Origin: Candidatus Azotimanducaceae bacterium
Lineage (GTDB): Bacteria > Pseudomonadota > Gammaproteobacteria > Pseudomonadales > Azotimanducaceae
Direction: 5' to 3'
Assembly: GCA_965657335.1 (NCBI GenBank)
Contig: CBFHOH010000015.1
Span: 6,436-70,435 of the forward strand
Length of the DNA: 64,000 nucleotides
In this document: positions 28,047 through 37,419 of the stretch, piece by piece
How the letters are laid out: every line of letters starts with the position of its first letter
Position numbering within the stretch: position 1 is the first letter of the stretch
Position numbers and translations under genes: made by a program
Notes under the pieces: model-generated
Told to the model about the DNA's origin: nothing
What the model saw: only the letters and a program-made list of their open reading frames with translations
The model's database searches: none

Positions 28047-28313
28047 TCACGCCGCAGATTGGCTGAGGCGGCTAGAGGTGATGTCGGGCACACAATCGTC
28101 AGCGACCACCTTGATGATAGGTTGGGATTGCTCGGAGGCTGTTGCCTCAGTCGGTGTGCTTCGCGAGCATGTCGATATCGATTTTATCTCAGATTCTTGG
28201 GACGCGGTGGCCTGGGTCGTTGGTCTTGGGCTAACTTGGGCTGCGAACAGATTATTTCTCTTGGCCCGCATTCCGAATAGAGAATAGTGTGAACTGACAT
28301 GTAAGTTTTTCAT
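28047..28313 (-). CDS. Hypothetical low-complexity (S/T/Q/A-rich) protein
   Basis: The ATG at 28313 overlaps the TGA stop of the upstream 4-TM gene (ATGA coupling). No family was recognised, and both plus-strand frames are also open here. Confidence 0.25.
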   Translation of the reverse strand: MKNLHVSSHYSLFGMRAKRNNLFAAQVSPRPTTQATASQESEIKSISTCSRSTPTEATASEQSQPIIKVVADDCVPDITSSRLSQSAA

Positions 28314-28645
28314 CAGAATATCCAAGATAACAGCGTGTCTGACAACGTGATGACAATTGCAGCGATAAATGTGGTGCCCATGTCCTCAATCTCAAAATCC
28401 TCCAGGATCGCATCAGTCAAATAGAGAAGGAACGTATTAATAATAATTAAGAAGAAACCAACTGTGATGATGACGAAGGGTATGCTCAAAAATTTCAAAA
28501 CAGTGCCCAGGGTCACGTTTATCAGGGAGTAAACAATGGCGACAATGATGGCCGTGCCATAGCCGCCAACCCTGATCCCCGGTAATGACTCCGCGAGAAG
28601 AAAAATCACACCGCCTAAAAAGAGTATGTGAAGTAGCAAGTCCAT
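28313..28645 (-). CDS. YvlD/holin-superfamily-IV-like 4-TM membrane protein
   Basis: 110 aa. LLAESLPGIRVGGYGTAIIVAIVYSLINVTLG...ITVGFFLIIINTFLLYL resembles the PF04020 pattern. Confidence 0.6.
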   Translation of the reverse strand: MDLLLHILFLGGVIFLLAESLPGIRVGGYGTAIIVAIVYSLINVTLGTVLKFLSIPFVIITVGFFLIIINTFLLYLTDAILEDFEIEDMGTTFIAAIVITLSDTLLSWIF

Positions 28646-28932
28646 TTTTGTTCCTGTTTTTTAAAATTTTGTGTTTGTCACAATACAGGATACACGATCC
28701 GTGCCAAATCTTTAACTGATTGATTAATAACAATAATATTATCTTTCGAGATGTGGCTTTAGTCTTTTAGACCAACTTTCTGACTAAATTGACCATGAGT
28801 TGAGGTTGAGTGAAATACTGCGCGTGCGTTTCACTACAGCGATAACAATGGCACACTTAGTGTACTGTTGAGTGCACTGACGACCTGCTCTCTTCATCAG
28901 AACGTTCATTAGTATTTTAAAGGCACGCGCAC

Positions 28933-29673
28933 ATGCTCGATTTACATTACTGGCCTACCCCAAATGGCAAAAAAGTCACCATCCAACTTGAGGAATGCGG
29001 CATTCCCTATAATCTCATCCAGTGCAATATAGGAAAAGGCGACCAGTTTGCTGATGGTTTTCTGAATATTTGCCCTAATAACAGAATGCCAGCCTTAGTT
29101 GATCATGAACCAGAGGATGGCGGAGAGCCGATATCTGTTTTCGAGTCTGGTGCAATTATGCTTTATATTGCAGAAAAGACAGGCCAGTTTATGCCGTCAG
29201 ATATCAGAGGTAGATATGAAGTGACACAGTGGCTCATCTGGCAGATGGCCAATCAAGGACCAAAGACGGGTGAATGCGGCCACTTCAGGAGGTTGGACGA
29301 TAGCCAAGGTGATCAGTCGTATGCTGTGACCAGGTTCACAGATGAGGTAAACCGGTTCTATGGTGTGCTGAACAATCAACTATACAACCAACGATATATT
29401 TGCGGAGATGAGTACACCATCGCCGATATGATTTGCTACCCGTGGACTGTTAACTGGGCAGGTCAGGGTCAGGATATCAATGAGTTTAAATACTTTAAGC
29501 GCTGGTTTGATGAGCTTAGTGAGCGCCCGGGCGTGCAAAAAGGCATGGCAGTGGGAAGCGAATTTGCCAACGATTATTCCAAAATGTCTGAAGATGAATT
29601 GGTGGCTCTGCGCAATATGCTCTACAACCAGAGAGCCAGGCCAGCGCCCGACACAGGTGGTTTGTTAGGTTGA
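28933..29673 (+). CDS. Nu-class glutathione S-transferase (YfcG/YghU-like)
   Basis: MLDLHYWPTPNGKKVTIQLEE...GKGDQF...PNNRMPALVDH..DGGEPISVFESGAIMLYIAEKTG closely follows E. coli YfcG. Confidence 0.85.
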   Translation: MLDLHYWPTPNGKKVTIQLEECGIPYNLIQCNIGKGDQFADGFLNICPNNRMPALVDHEPEDGGEPISVFESGAIMLYIAEKTGQFMPSDIRGRYEVTQWLIWQMANQGPKTGECGHFRRLDDSQGDQSYAVTRFTDEVNRFYGVLNNQLYNQRYICGDEYTIADMICYPWTVNWAGQGQDINEFKYFKRWFDELSERPGVQKGMAVGSEFANDYSKMSEDELVALRNMLYNQRARPAPDTGGLLG

Positions 29674-30434
29674 GTACTCGTTCCACATGGCTAGTGATTC
29701 CCTGCTTTAATGAAGTCGCAAGACTGAGTAGGCAGGGTATCAGCGAGTTGGTGGCAAATGATGACGTTGGTGTTGTTCTCGTCGATGATGGCTCCGACGA
29801 CGGCACAAGAGAATTATTGTTCGATATCCAGCATTTGGGCTCGGGTGTTGACGTGCTTGTTCTACAGCAAAATGTCGGAAAGGCTGAAGCGGTGCGTCAG
29901 GGCATGGAGCATGCGCTGACGCTAGATGCAAAAATCGTTGGCTACCTTGATGCGGACTTTGCTACACCGGCCAAGGACATGTTAGCGCTGGTTCGTATGC
30001 TGGAAACCAGTCATGTAAAAGTTTGCCTTGGTTCCAGATGGCTTCATTTGGGAGCAAAAATAGATCGGACCTCATTCCGCCACTACGGCGGTCGCGTATT
30101 TGCCACGATAGCCTCCATGGTCCTAAGATTAAGTATCTACGACACACAATGTGGCGCGAAGGCGTTTCGTGTAAGTCATGCGTTAGTGAAATCACTATCT
30201 GAACCATTCCTCTCTCGTTGGGCCTTTGATGTGGAACTCATTGGCCGGTTGCTTAACGACGCCTCTGAAGATGCTAGGTACACGGAGCAGGATTTTATCG
30301 AGATTCCATTGCAGACTTGGCAAGACATCAGGGGGTCGAAGATTCGTTTTGTTGATATGGTGATTGCTACATTCGAGCTTTTGCTCATCAACAGTGCCCT
30401 AAAGCGATGGGCCCAACGAACATCGTCAACGTAA
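29670..30434 (+). CDS. Family 2 glycosyltransferase (dolichyl-phosphate glucosyltransferase-like)
   Basis: IPCFNE, VLVDDGSDDGT and YLDADF motifs. The TTG start overlaps the GST stop. Confidence 0.8.
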   Translation: MSTRSTWLVIPCFNEVARLSRQGISELVANDDVGVVLVDDGSDDGTRELLFDIQHLGSGVDVLVLQQNVGKAEAVRQGMEHALTLDAKIVGYLDADFATPAKDMLALVRMLETSHVKVCLGSRWLHLGAKIDRTSFRHYGGRVFATIASMVLRLSIYDTQCGAKAFRVSHALVKSLSEPFLSRWAFDVELIGRLLNDASEDARYTEQDFIEIPLQTWQDIRGSKIRFVDMVIATFELLLINSALKRWAQRTSST

Positions 30435-30452
30435 GCAAAGCCGGAGCGGTAA

Positions 30453-31748
30453 ATGGTAGGCGTAAAACCATCGATTGATAAATTACTAGCCCTGATCGAG
30501 CAGAAGCAAGATGAACTGGTTTCGTTGACCCGGTCGCTCGTGCAAATTCCAACGATAAACCCGCCGGGAGACTATTACGCCGATTGTGTTGAGTTGCTGA
30601 ATTCGAGGCTTTTGATGCGCGGGTTTGAAACCGAGATCATTCGCGCCGAAGGAACACCGGGAGATACAAAGCGCTATCCTCGTATGAATCTAATTGCGAG
30701 AAAAGAAGGGTCGAGGCCTGGCCCCTGCGTTCACTTTAATTCGCACATCGATGTCGTCCCACCCGGCCAGGGCTGGGACGACGATCCGTTTGCTGCGGTC
30801 GTGCGCGATGGGAAAATCTATGGTCGAGGTACGTGCGATATGAAAGGCGGGCTTGCGGCCTCTATTATCGCGGTTGAAGCGCTACTTGAGTGGATGCCTG
30901 ATTTTCCCGGAGCGATAGAAATCTCTGGTACTGCTGACGAAGAGACTGGTGGCTACGGTGGTGTTGCTTATCTCGCGCAAAAAGGCTGGATGGCGGTGCC
31001 TCGAATCGATCATGTGATTATTCCCGAACCGCTAAACAAAGATAGAATTTGCCTTGGGCATCGGGGTGTTTGGTGGTCAGAGTTGGAAACCTTTGGTTCG
31101 GTTGCTCATGGCTCAATGCCGTTCCTTGGTGATAGCGCGATCCGGCACATGACAGCGGTACTGAATGAATTTGAAACAACGCTTTATCCTCTGCTGGAAC
31201 AAAAAGTAACGGCGATGCCCGTTGTGCCTGATGGCGCAAAACAATCTACTTTGAACATCAATTCTGTTCATGGCGGATTGGCTGAGGGTTTCTCTGGACT
31301 GCCAGCCCCCATGGTCGCAGACTCGTGTCGCCTTGTATTAGATAGAAGGTTTTTGATCGAAGAGAAGCTCTCCGAGGTTAAGCAAGAGGTGCGAGAAATA
31401 CTCGAGAAACTGACCCAGTCCAGGGACAACTTTTCATACGAGTTGAGGGACCTGTTTGAGGTGATTCCTTCGATGACTGACAGCAATGCAGCAGTCGTGC
31501 AATCGGTAGACCATGCGATCAGCCGGGTGTTCGGTCGAGCGCCGGAATACGTCGTATCTCCCGGGACTTATGATCAAAAGCATATCGATCGGATCGGCAA
31601 ATTAAAAAATTGTATCGCGTACGGCCCGGGCATCCTCGATCTTGCGCATCAGGCAAATGAATACGTTGGCATCGAAGATATGGTCGAGTCGGCTAAGGTC
31701 ATGGCGCTGGCAACCCATGAGCTATTGACGGGAGTACAGACAAGTTGA
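30453..31748 (+). CDS. M20-family metallopeptidase/deacylase (ArgE/DapE-like)
   Basis: HFNSHIDVVP, GRGTCDMKGG and TADEETGG metal-ligand motifs. Confidence 0.85.
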   Translation: MVGVKPSIDKLLALIEQKQDELVSLTRSLVQIPTINPPGDYYADCVELLNSRLLMRGFETEIIRAEGTPGDTKRYPRMNLIARKEGSRPGPCVHFNSHIDVVPPGQGWDDDPFAAVVRDGKIYGRGTCDMKGGLAASIIAVEALLEWMPDFPGAIEISGTADEETGGYGGVAYLAQKGWMAVPRIDHVIIPEPLNKDRICLGHRGVWWSELETFGSVAHGSMPFLGDSAIRHMTAVLNEFETTLYPLLEQKVTAMPVVPDGAKQSTLNINSVHGGLAEGFSGLPAPMVADSCRLVLDRRFLIEEKLSEVKQEVREILEKLTQSRDNFSYELRDLFEVIPSMTDSNAAVVQSVDHAISRVFGRAPEYVVSPGTYDQKHIDRIGKLKNCIAYGPGILDLAHQANEYVGIEDMVESAKVMALATHELLTGVQTS

Positions 31749-32494
31749 AATTACAGCACAAGAACGTTGTTGTTACTGGTGGTGCATCTGGATTTGGCGC
31801 CGGCATTGTCTCAAGGTTTCTCGATGAGGGCGCAAACGTAACAATCGTTGATTTTGACGAAACGGCGGCGATGGCCTACATCCAATCGCTTAAGTCTGAC
31901 CGCGTGTTTTTTGAGTATGCAAATCTAGCTGAAGGAGAAAGCGTTAAAGACCTTTTTGGTCGTTTGCGTCGCCGCTGGAAGCAACTTGATATTCTTATTA
32001 ACAATGCCGGTACAACGCACCTGCCGGCGCTCATGGAAGATGTGTCAGAAGAGGACTTCGATAAGGTGCTTGCTGTTAATGCGAAGAGTGTTTACTACAC
32101 CAGTAAACATGCCGTGCCGTGGATGAAACAAAAAGCCACCGGGGCAATAATAAACATCGCTTCCACCGCAGCTTTGAGTCCGAGGCCAAAACTGACTTGG
32201 TATAACGCGTCTAAAGGCTGGTTGGTGACGGCAACAAAATCAATGGCAATTGAACTTGCTCCTGATGGCATCAGGGTCAATGCAATATGCCCTGTGGCGG
32301 GTGAGACGCCGCTGCTAACATCGTTTATGGGTGGCGATACGCCGGAAACCAGAGAAAAGTTTCTTACCTCGATTCCGCTAGGGCGGTTTTCAACCCCTGC
32401 AGACATCGCTGCCACAGCGCTTTATTTATCGAGCGATGAAGCAGCGATGATTACCGGTGTTGCCCTAGAAGTAGACGGTGGTCGATGTATCTGA
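31745..32494 (+). CDS. SDR-family oxidoreductase
   Basis: TGGASGFGAG, NNAG and YNASKGW motifs. It overlaps the upstream gene by 4 nt. Confidence 0.85.
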   Translation: MKLQHKNVVVTGGASGFGAGIVSRFLDEGANVTIVDFDETAAMAYIQSLKSDRVFFEYANLAEGESVKDLFGRLRRRWKQLDILINNAGTTHLPALMEDVSEEDFDKVLAVNAKSVYYTSKHAVPWMKQKATGAIINIASTAALSPRPKLTWYNASKGWLVTATKSMAIELAPDGIRVNAICPVAGETPLLTSFMGGDTPETREKFLTSIPLGRFSTPADIAATALYLSSDEAAMITGVALEVDGGRCI

Positions 32495-32530
32495 GTTGCT
32501 CAAGCAGCAACGCGCATGACTAAAACATTG

Positions 32531-33400
32531 TTATTCGAATTCACGATGTTCCCACCAGGGGAAAAAATCTGGCATCTCGGTGCTGACCTTGCCGGGAAAT
32601 GACGCTGGTCGTTTTTCAAGAAATGACGCAACACCTTCCTTTGCATCTGCGGACTTGCCCATTGCGTTGACGCCTCGGGAATCTAGATTGTGAGCGACCA
32701 CAGGATGATCCGCGCCTAGCATTTTCCACATCATATTTCTGATCAGTGCGATAGAAAGAGAAGAAGTTTGGTCTGCAAATTCGAGCGCCAGTTTTCTTGC
32801 TGCGGGTAAGAGATCCTCAGGCTCATGGACACTCCTCAGTAAGCCCTTGTCTAGCGCCTCTTCTGCGCTGAAAACGCGTCCAGAGTAAGCCCACTCTAGC
32901 GCCTGACTAATACCAACCAGTCTAGGTAAAAACCAACTGGAGCACGCCTCTGGCACGATACCGCGCTTGGAGAAAACAAAGCCGTATTTAGCGGAAGTAG
33001 AAGCCAGTCTGATGTCCATTGCACATTGCATGGTAGCGCCGACGCCGACTGCAGGGCCATTACACGCTGATATGATTGGTTTCATGCAATCAAAAATGCG
33101 AAGGGTAAGAAGTCCTCCGCCATCCGCGATAGATTTTTTTTCTTCCCGTGTTGCTTCCACAGCGGCAGCGTCTGCATCAAAGGTGTTTGCGCCACTTGAA
33201 AGGTCTGCACCTGCACAGAAACCTCTGCCTGCGCCCGTCACGATAATGGCTTTGACGTTGTCATCGGCATCGGCTCGATCCAACGCGTCGATCATTTCGG
33301 TCATCATTTGCCCTGTAAATGCGTTTAGTTTGTCGGGTCTGTTCAATGTAAGAGTTAATATGCCCTCATCTACATCGTAAATTATTTGTTGGTAATCCAT
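32531..33400 (-). CDS. Enoyl-CoA hydratase/isomerase (crotonase) family
   Basis: VTGAGRGFCAGADL oxyanion-hole motif, in a crotonase-length protein. Confidence 0.85.
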   Translation of the reverse strand: MDYQQIIYDVDEGILTLTLNRPDKLNAFTGQMMTEMIDALDRADADDNVKAIIVTGAGRGFCAGADLSSGANTFDADAAAVEATREEKKSIADGGGLLTLRIFDCMKPIISACNGPAVGVGATMQCAMDIRLASTSAKYGFVFSKRGIVPEACSSWFLPRLVGISQALEWAYSGRVFSAEEALDKGLLRSVHEPEDLLPAARKLALEFADQTSSLSIALIRNMMWKMLGADHPVVAHNLDSRGVNAMGKSADAKEGVASFLEKRPASFPGKVSTEMPDFFPWWEHREFE

Positions 33401-33491
33401 ATTGTTACTCGCTGTTGTTTTAAAACCTATATGAAAAGATGTGCTTGGATAAGTTTGGTTGTCTCATTTCGAACAAGTTGCAATGTCGACC

Positions 33492-34094
33492 CTACTGTCC
33501 GAATCTTTTTGCACTTTGGAGATATGCTAGTTCCTGATCTGTGCTCGCTCGGCCGAGAGCCCTATTTCTGTGTGGGAAACGCCCGAAACGGGTGATAATT
33601 TGTTGGTGCCCGATAGCGTGTTCCAAAAAACTCTGTATTTGACGATGCCATTTCGGATCAGCTTCACTTTTTAGTATGCGAAATAGTTCGACCGATTGTT
33701 TTTGAAATGTCGCTGACTCAGCATGCTCGAATGGCATATATAGAAATGCCTGCTCTACTGGCTTCAGTAATTTATGTTGTCCGTTATCGATCAGTTGACG
33801 CGAGATAGCCAAAGCAGCGTCGTCGTTGGTAAACGCCCGTGCCTCGCCTCGATAAAGGTTTCTCGAAAACTGATCCAGTAAAATAACAAGTGCAAGACTT
33901 CCATAGGCACTTTCTTCCCATTCTGTTAACAAGCCTTGCTCGGCTGCCTGTAACAACTTGGCGAAATGACAGCGTATTGTTTCGTCTGCGTCGGGTGAAC
34001 TCATAAACCATAGTTTGTTTTTAGATGCAGCAATACCAGCATCATCAGCCGCTGCTCCTATCCAGAAGTTCAATACGCGAACTATATCGCTCAC
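33492..34094 (-). CDS. DUF924-family protein
   Basis: VLNFWIG...WFMSSPDADETIRCHF...LLDQFSRNLYRG...RFGRFPHRN is the DUF924 pattern. Confidence 0.65.
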   Translation of the reverse strand: MSDIVRVLNFWIGAAADDAGIAASKNKLWFMSSPDADETIRCHFAKLLQAAEQGLLTEWEESAYGSLALVILLDQFSRNLYRGEARAFTNDDAALAISRQLIDNGQHKLLKPVEQAFLYMPFEHAESATFQKQSVELFRILKSEADPKWHRQIQSFLEHAIGHQQIITRFGRFPHRNRALGRASTDQELAYLQSAKRFGQ

Positions 34095-34109
34095 CTACGG
34101 TGCCACTCT

Positions 34110-34913
34110 TTACCGGGCATGGGCTAACAGTTCTTCGTCGGTCAGTTCCAGATATTTCTTAAGATAGTGTACGCCGAAGTAGAAAGGCAAGGTGTCTGCG
34201 AGTGCGATCAGTAGCTTAAGCACGTAGTTACTACCCATCAACATAAATAGAGTGCCTGCTGTCATCGCGCCCGCGAGAAACTGAGCGCCAAATGTCACGG
34301 CGACGACCATAAAAGAATCGACACCCTGACTTACCACGGTGCTGCCATTGTTTCTTAACCACAAGTGTTTGCCGTTAGTGAGGTTCTTCCAGAAATGAAA
34401 CATATAGACATCGCAATATTGTGCAGCAATATAAGCCATCATTGAAGCGGTTACCGCGCCCGTAGTTGTTGCATAGAGAAGAGAGTACATTTCTACCGAT
34501 CCGCTAACAGTATCCCCGTTTGGCAAGCTGACGCTGCCCGCTAATGGTATGAGCTGCCATGGTGGCTGAAGTTCCGGGCTAACCGAAGGCATCATATTGC
34601 CTACCCACATGGTAATGACTATAAATACATTGAGTCCCAGTCCAACTGTGACGAGAAAGTTTGCTCGGGCACGGCCATAGAGTTCGCTGACTAAATCCGT
34701 GCACAAAAATGTAATCGGGTAGGGCAGCACACCAACCGCAACGGCCAAAGGGCCTATCTCAATAAATCGAGTGATACCTATCAGATTCAGCATCGTCATG
34801 GCGCTAAGAAATGTGCCAGCGAGAATCAGAAACACCCGTTCGCGTTTTTCATGCAACTCAGGCGAGATCATTCGATCAGCAACGGGTAGATCTGTATCTT
34901 GAAGAGATGTCAT
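34110..34913 (-). CDS. YhhQ/VUT-family queuosine-precursor transporter
   Basis: Polytopic membrane protein. PYPITFLCTDLVSELYG is the YhhQ signature region. Confidence 0.7.
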   Translation of the reverse strand: MTSLQDTDLPVADRMISPELHEKRERVFLILAGTFLSAMTMLNLIGITRFIEIGPLAVAVGVLPYPITFLCTDLVSELYGRARANFLVTVGLGLNVFIVITMWVGNMMPSVSPELQPPWQLIPLAGSVSLPNGDTVSGSVEMYSLLYATTTGAVTASMMAYIAAQYCDVYMFHFWKNLTNGKHLWLRNNGSTVVSQGVDSFMVVAVTFGAQFLAGAMTAGTLFMLMGSNYVLKLLIALADTLPFYFGVHYLKKYLELTDEELLAHAR

Positions 34914-34963
34914 GTTTCTATTTTTCCTCAGGGCTTCAAAACTTACTCAGAATAAATTCAGCG

Positions 34964-35662
34964 CTATCGCTCGACTTGTCCAAGGTTTGCGTGAATCACA
35001 GCGCCATTGATAACGGGATTCTCTGCAGCAAACATGATGGTGTTAGCGATTTCCTCTGGCGTCACAAGACGGCCAAAAGTGCTGAGTGTCGAGAGACTTC
35101 CAATAATTTCTGCATCCCCTCCAACATGGGCTCGAAGCATTTCCGTGTCTGTAAACCCAGGACAAACGCATGCGGTATGTATACCCGTGTTTGCAAGATC
35201 CTGACAGGTGGAGCGCATCATGCCGATGAGCGCATGTTTGCTCACGACGTAGCTGTATGTGTTTGCGACAGCCTTTTCTGAAAGTGTGGAGCCAACATAT
35301 ATGATGCCAGAACCTGGTTTCATTTTGGGAATCAAGACTTGATTTAAAATATGTGGCGCCACGACATTTAATTCGAGCGTATGTCGAAAGTCGGCAGTAT
35401 CCGTGTTGGCTGCTGAGTCGCTCCTAAGTTCTGCCGCATTGTGAACGAGGACGATTTCTTCATCGAGTTGAAGTTTCTCCACCAGCAGAGTGAACTTGTC
35501 GGCAGCATCAGATTCGGCAAGGTCAATATTGTGATTTTCGATGCCGGGATGAGCTGCATCCGACCGTGAGATATTGATAACACGGTAACTTTTCTCGGCT
35601 GCCATTTTTGCAACCTGAAAACCAATTCCCTTGCTGGCGCCGGTGATGATAAGTGTTTTCAA
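34964..35662 (-). CDS. SDR-family oxidoreductase (sepiapterin-reductase-like context)
   Basis: ITGASKGIG and YVVSKHA motifs. It overlaps the upstream PTPS-like gene by 4 nt. Confidence 0.8.
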   Translation of the reverse strand: MKTLIITGASKGIGFQVAKMAAEKSYRVINISRSDAAHPGIENHNIDLAESDAADKFTLLVEKLQLDEEIVLVHNAAELRSDSAANTDTADFRHTLELNVVAPHILNQVLIPKMKPGSGIIYVGSTLSEKAVANTYSYVVSKHALIGMMRSTCQDLANTGIHTACVCPGFTDTEMLRAHVGGDAEIIGSLSTLSTFGRLVTPEEIANTIMFAAENPVINGAVIHANLGQVER

Positions 35663-36195
35663 TTTTTACTCCAATGAGCTGAGGCGCCCTGCCCAGGGCT
35701 GGATAATATCTTGATAGTGAGATCAACAATGCCGGCATCCGCCAGCTCCGGATGATTTAACACGCGGTTCAAGAAGTAGTGGGAAAGCTCTTCAACCGTG
35801 CTATTGGCAATAGGTAGAATCATAAGATCCCTTGGCAAAAAAGGTATCCTTTCGCCGTTGAAGACACCATATGTGTAATCGTTACCATGTTCGATTTCAA
35901 GATACGGTGATTCAGAAGGTAATATCATTTTTTCATCAACCTCGTCACAGACAGCCCGTAGCATGCGTTTCAAGATGGCATAGTCGAAAAGTAAGCCGTT
36001 GTTAGACACAGGGGCGGTAGCCTTGCACTCCAGTTGGTAATTATGGCCGTGCAGATCTTCGCGATCAGTTGCATTAAAGATCGTAAAATGTGCGATAGAG
36101 AAGTTAAACGCTTCTTTATTGAGTTCAATGGTACTAAGCCGCGGCGCTGAATTTGCCAAGGGTTTGTTTGCCGGTTCTTTCAATTGAGTTCCCAA
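35659..36195 (-). CDS. 6-pyruvoyl-tetrahydropterin synthase (PTPS/QueD) superfamily protein, atypical
   Basis: FSIAHFTIF...DLHGHNY retains the His triad. I saw no Cys in the usual position before HGH. TTG start. Confidence 0.65.
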   Translation of the reverse strand: MGTQLKEPANKPLANSAPRLSTIELNKEAFNFSIAHFTIFNATDREDLHGHNYQLECKATAPVSNNGLLFDYAILKRMLRAVCDEVDEKMILPSESPYLEIEHGNDYTYGVFNGERIPFLPRDLMILPIANSTVEELSHYFLNRVLNHPELADAGIVDLTIKILSSPGQGASAHWSKN

Positions 36196-36341
36196 ATAGT
36201 TAGTGACATTAATATGTTACATGATGGTAACCCATTTGCGTCAATCAAGGGAGATAGTGCACACTCAGATGTGGTTGTTTTTAACACGGTTATTTAATGC
36301 CAGTAGAAATGAATCCAGATTTTGATTCGGAGGAAGATTAA

Positions 36342-37118
36342 GTGAGACTGACAAAGCTAAGTCGATCAGTGAAAGGGAAAATTGTTATTGTCACGGGTGC
36401 TGCCAGTGGTATGGGCAAAGCAACTGCAGAGTTATTTGCGGATGAGGGCGCTCAGGTTGCGGCAATCGATCTAACTGAAAGTGCGCTAAATGACGTCGTG
36501 GCAGGCATCAACGCGGCAGGTAATAGTGCAAAAGGATGGGTGCTCGACCTAGCGGATGCTGAGGCGATTAAGACTGTTTTTGATGACATCGCTGCGCATT
36601 TTGGCGGTATCGATATCCTGGTGAACAATGCGGGTATATCGCTTGGCACTGCGATCGACGCTGAAGACTATCCTGCGCTTTGGCATAAAAGTATTGCCGT
36701 GCTGCTAACCGCACATACCCTGACGATTCGCGCATCGCTGCCTTACTTGCGTCTGTCTGAACACCCACGAATAATCAATATCGCCTCAACAGAGGCGCTT
36801 GGCGCCACTAAATTCGGCAGCCCTTATACCGCCGCAAAATCAGGCGTGACGGGATTAACGCGGTCGCTTGCGGTCGAGTTGGGTGACGAAGCTATCACGG
36901 TCAACTGTGTCTGCCCAGGACCCATAAATACTGGCATGACCGCGGCAATTCCTGATGAAAATAAAGCGATATTTGCTCGCCGCCGAACGGCACTTAAACG
37001 CTACGCCGACCCGGAAGAGGTTGCCCACGCGACACTGAATTTTGCATTACCTGCCTCCCAGTATATGACAGGCGTGACCCTGCCAGTGGATGGTGGTTTA
37101 ACGATACGTAATGCATAG
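36342..37118 (+). CDS. SDR-family oxidoreductase
   Basis: VTGAASGMGKA, NNAG and YTAAKSG motifs. GTG start. Confidence 0.85.
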   Translation: MRLTKLSRSVKGKIVIVTGAASGMGKATAELFADEGAQVAAIDLTESALNDVVAGINAAGNSAKGWVLDLADAEAIKTVFDDIAAHFGGIDILVNNAGISLGTAIDAEDYPALWHKSIAVLLTAHTLTIRASLPYLRLSEHPRIINIASTEALGATKFGSPYTAAKSGVTGLTRSLAVELGDEAITVNCVCPGPINTGMTAAIPDENKAIFARRRTALKRYADPEEVAHATLNFALPASQYMTGVTLPVDGGLTIRNA

Positions 37119-37419
37119 CAGGAGCCAGTTTTTTTGTTGGTAGGCATTTGTTTTTGGTTTGCCGTGGCTCCGCGGGGCGCGCATAAACTGACTTGCTCAT
37201 TCACGTGGCTGGTTTTCGCGTATTTACTTCTGTGAATCCCCCAAGGTTGCGTAAAGCTGCCGAGTAGCCAGAAAACAAAGCGACGAAAGCCGACGGGCTG
37301 AGTGCGCCTAACTGAAAACAATGATTGTATTCCCTTCGCAGGTGAGTAAACTTGCGCCGCTGTGCTGCTCCCCTGTTTACGCTTGTTATTAATGCATATT
37401 TCTCTCCCAGGTGCCCCCA
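37119..37419 (+). promoter_or_regulatory. Long leader/promoter region of deaD
   Basis: About 300 nt without a credible ORF. The 149-aa antisense ORF looks spurious. It contains long-range complementary segments (GGAGCCA...TGGCTCC; TGGCT...AGCCA). Cold-shock helicase genes are known to carry long structured 5' UTRs. Confidence 0.35.

Noticed and set aside
32495-32511. Hairpin GTTGCT-CAAGC-AGCAAC between a convergent SDR gene and a crotonase gene, as a possible terminator
   Set aside because: The 6-bp stem has no T-tract on either strand, so the support is insufficient.
34914-34963. Possible preQ1 riboswitch in front of the YhhQ transporter gene (CCCTGAGGAAAAATAGAAAC)
   Set aside because: The A-rich tail is superficially similar. 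However, no P1 stem complementary to the CCCT segment can be drawn, and the flanking CTGAG copies are direct rather than inverted.
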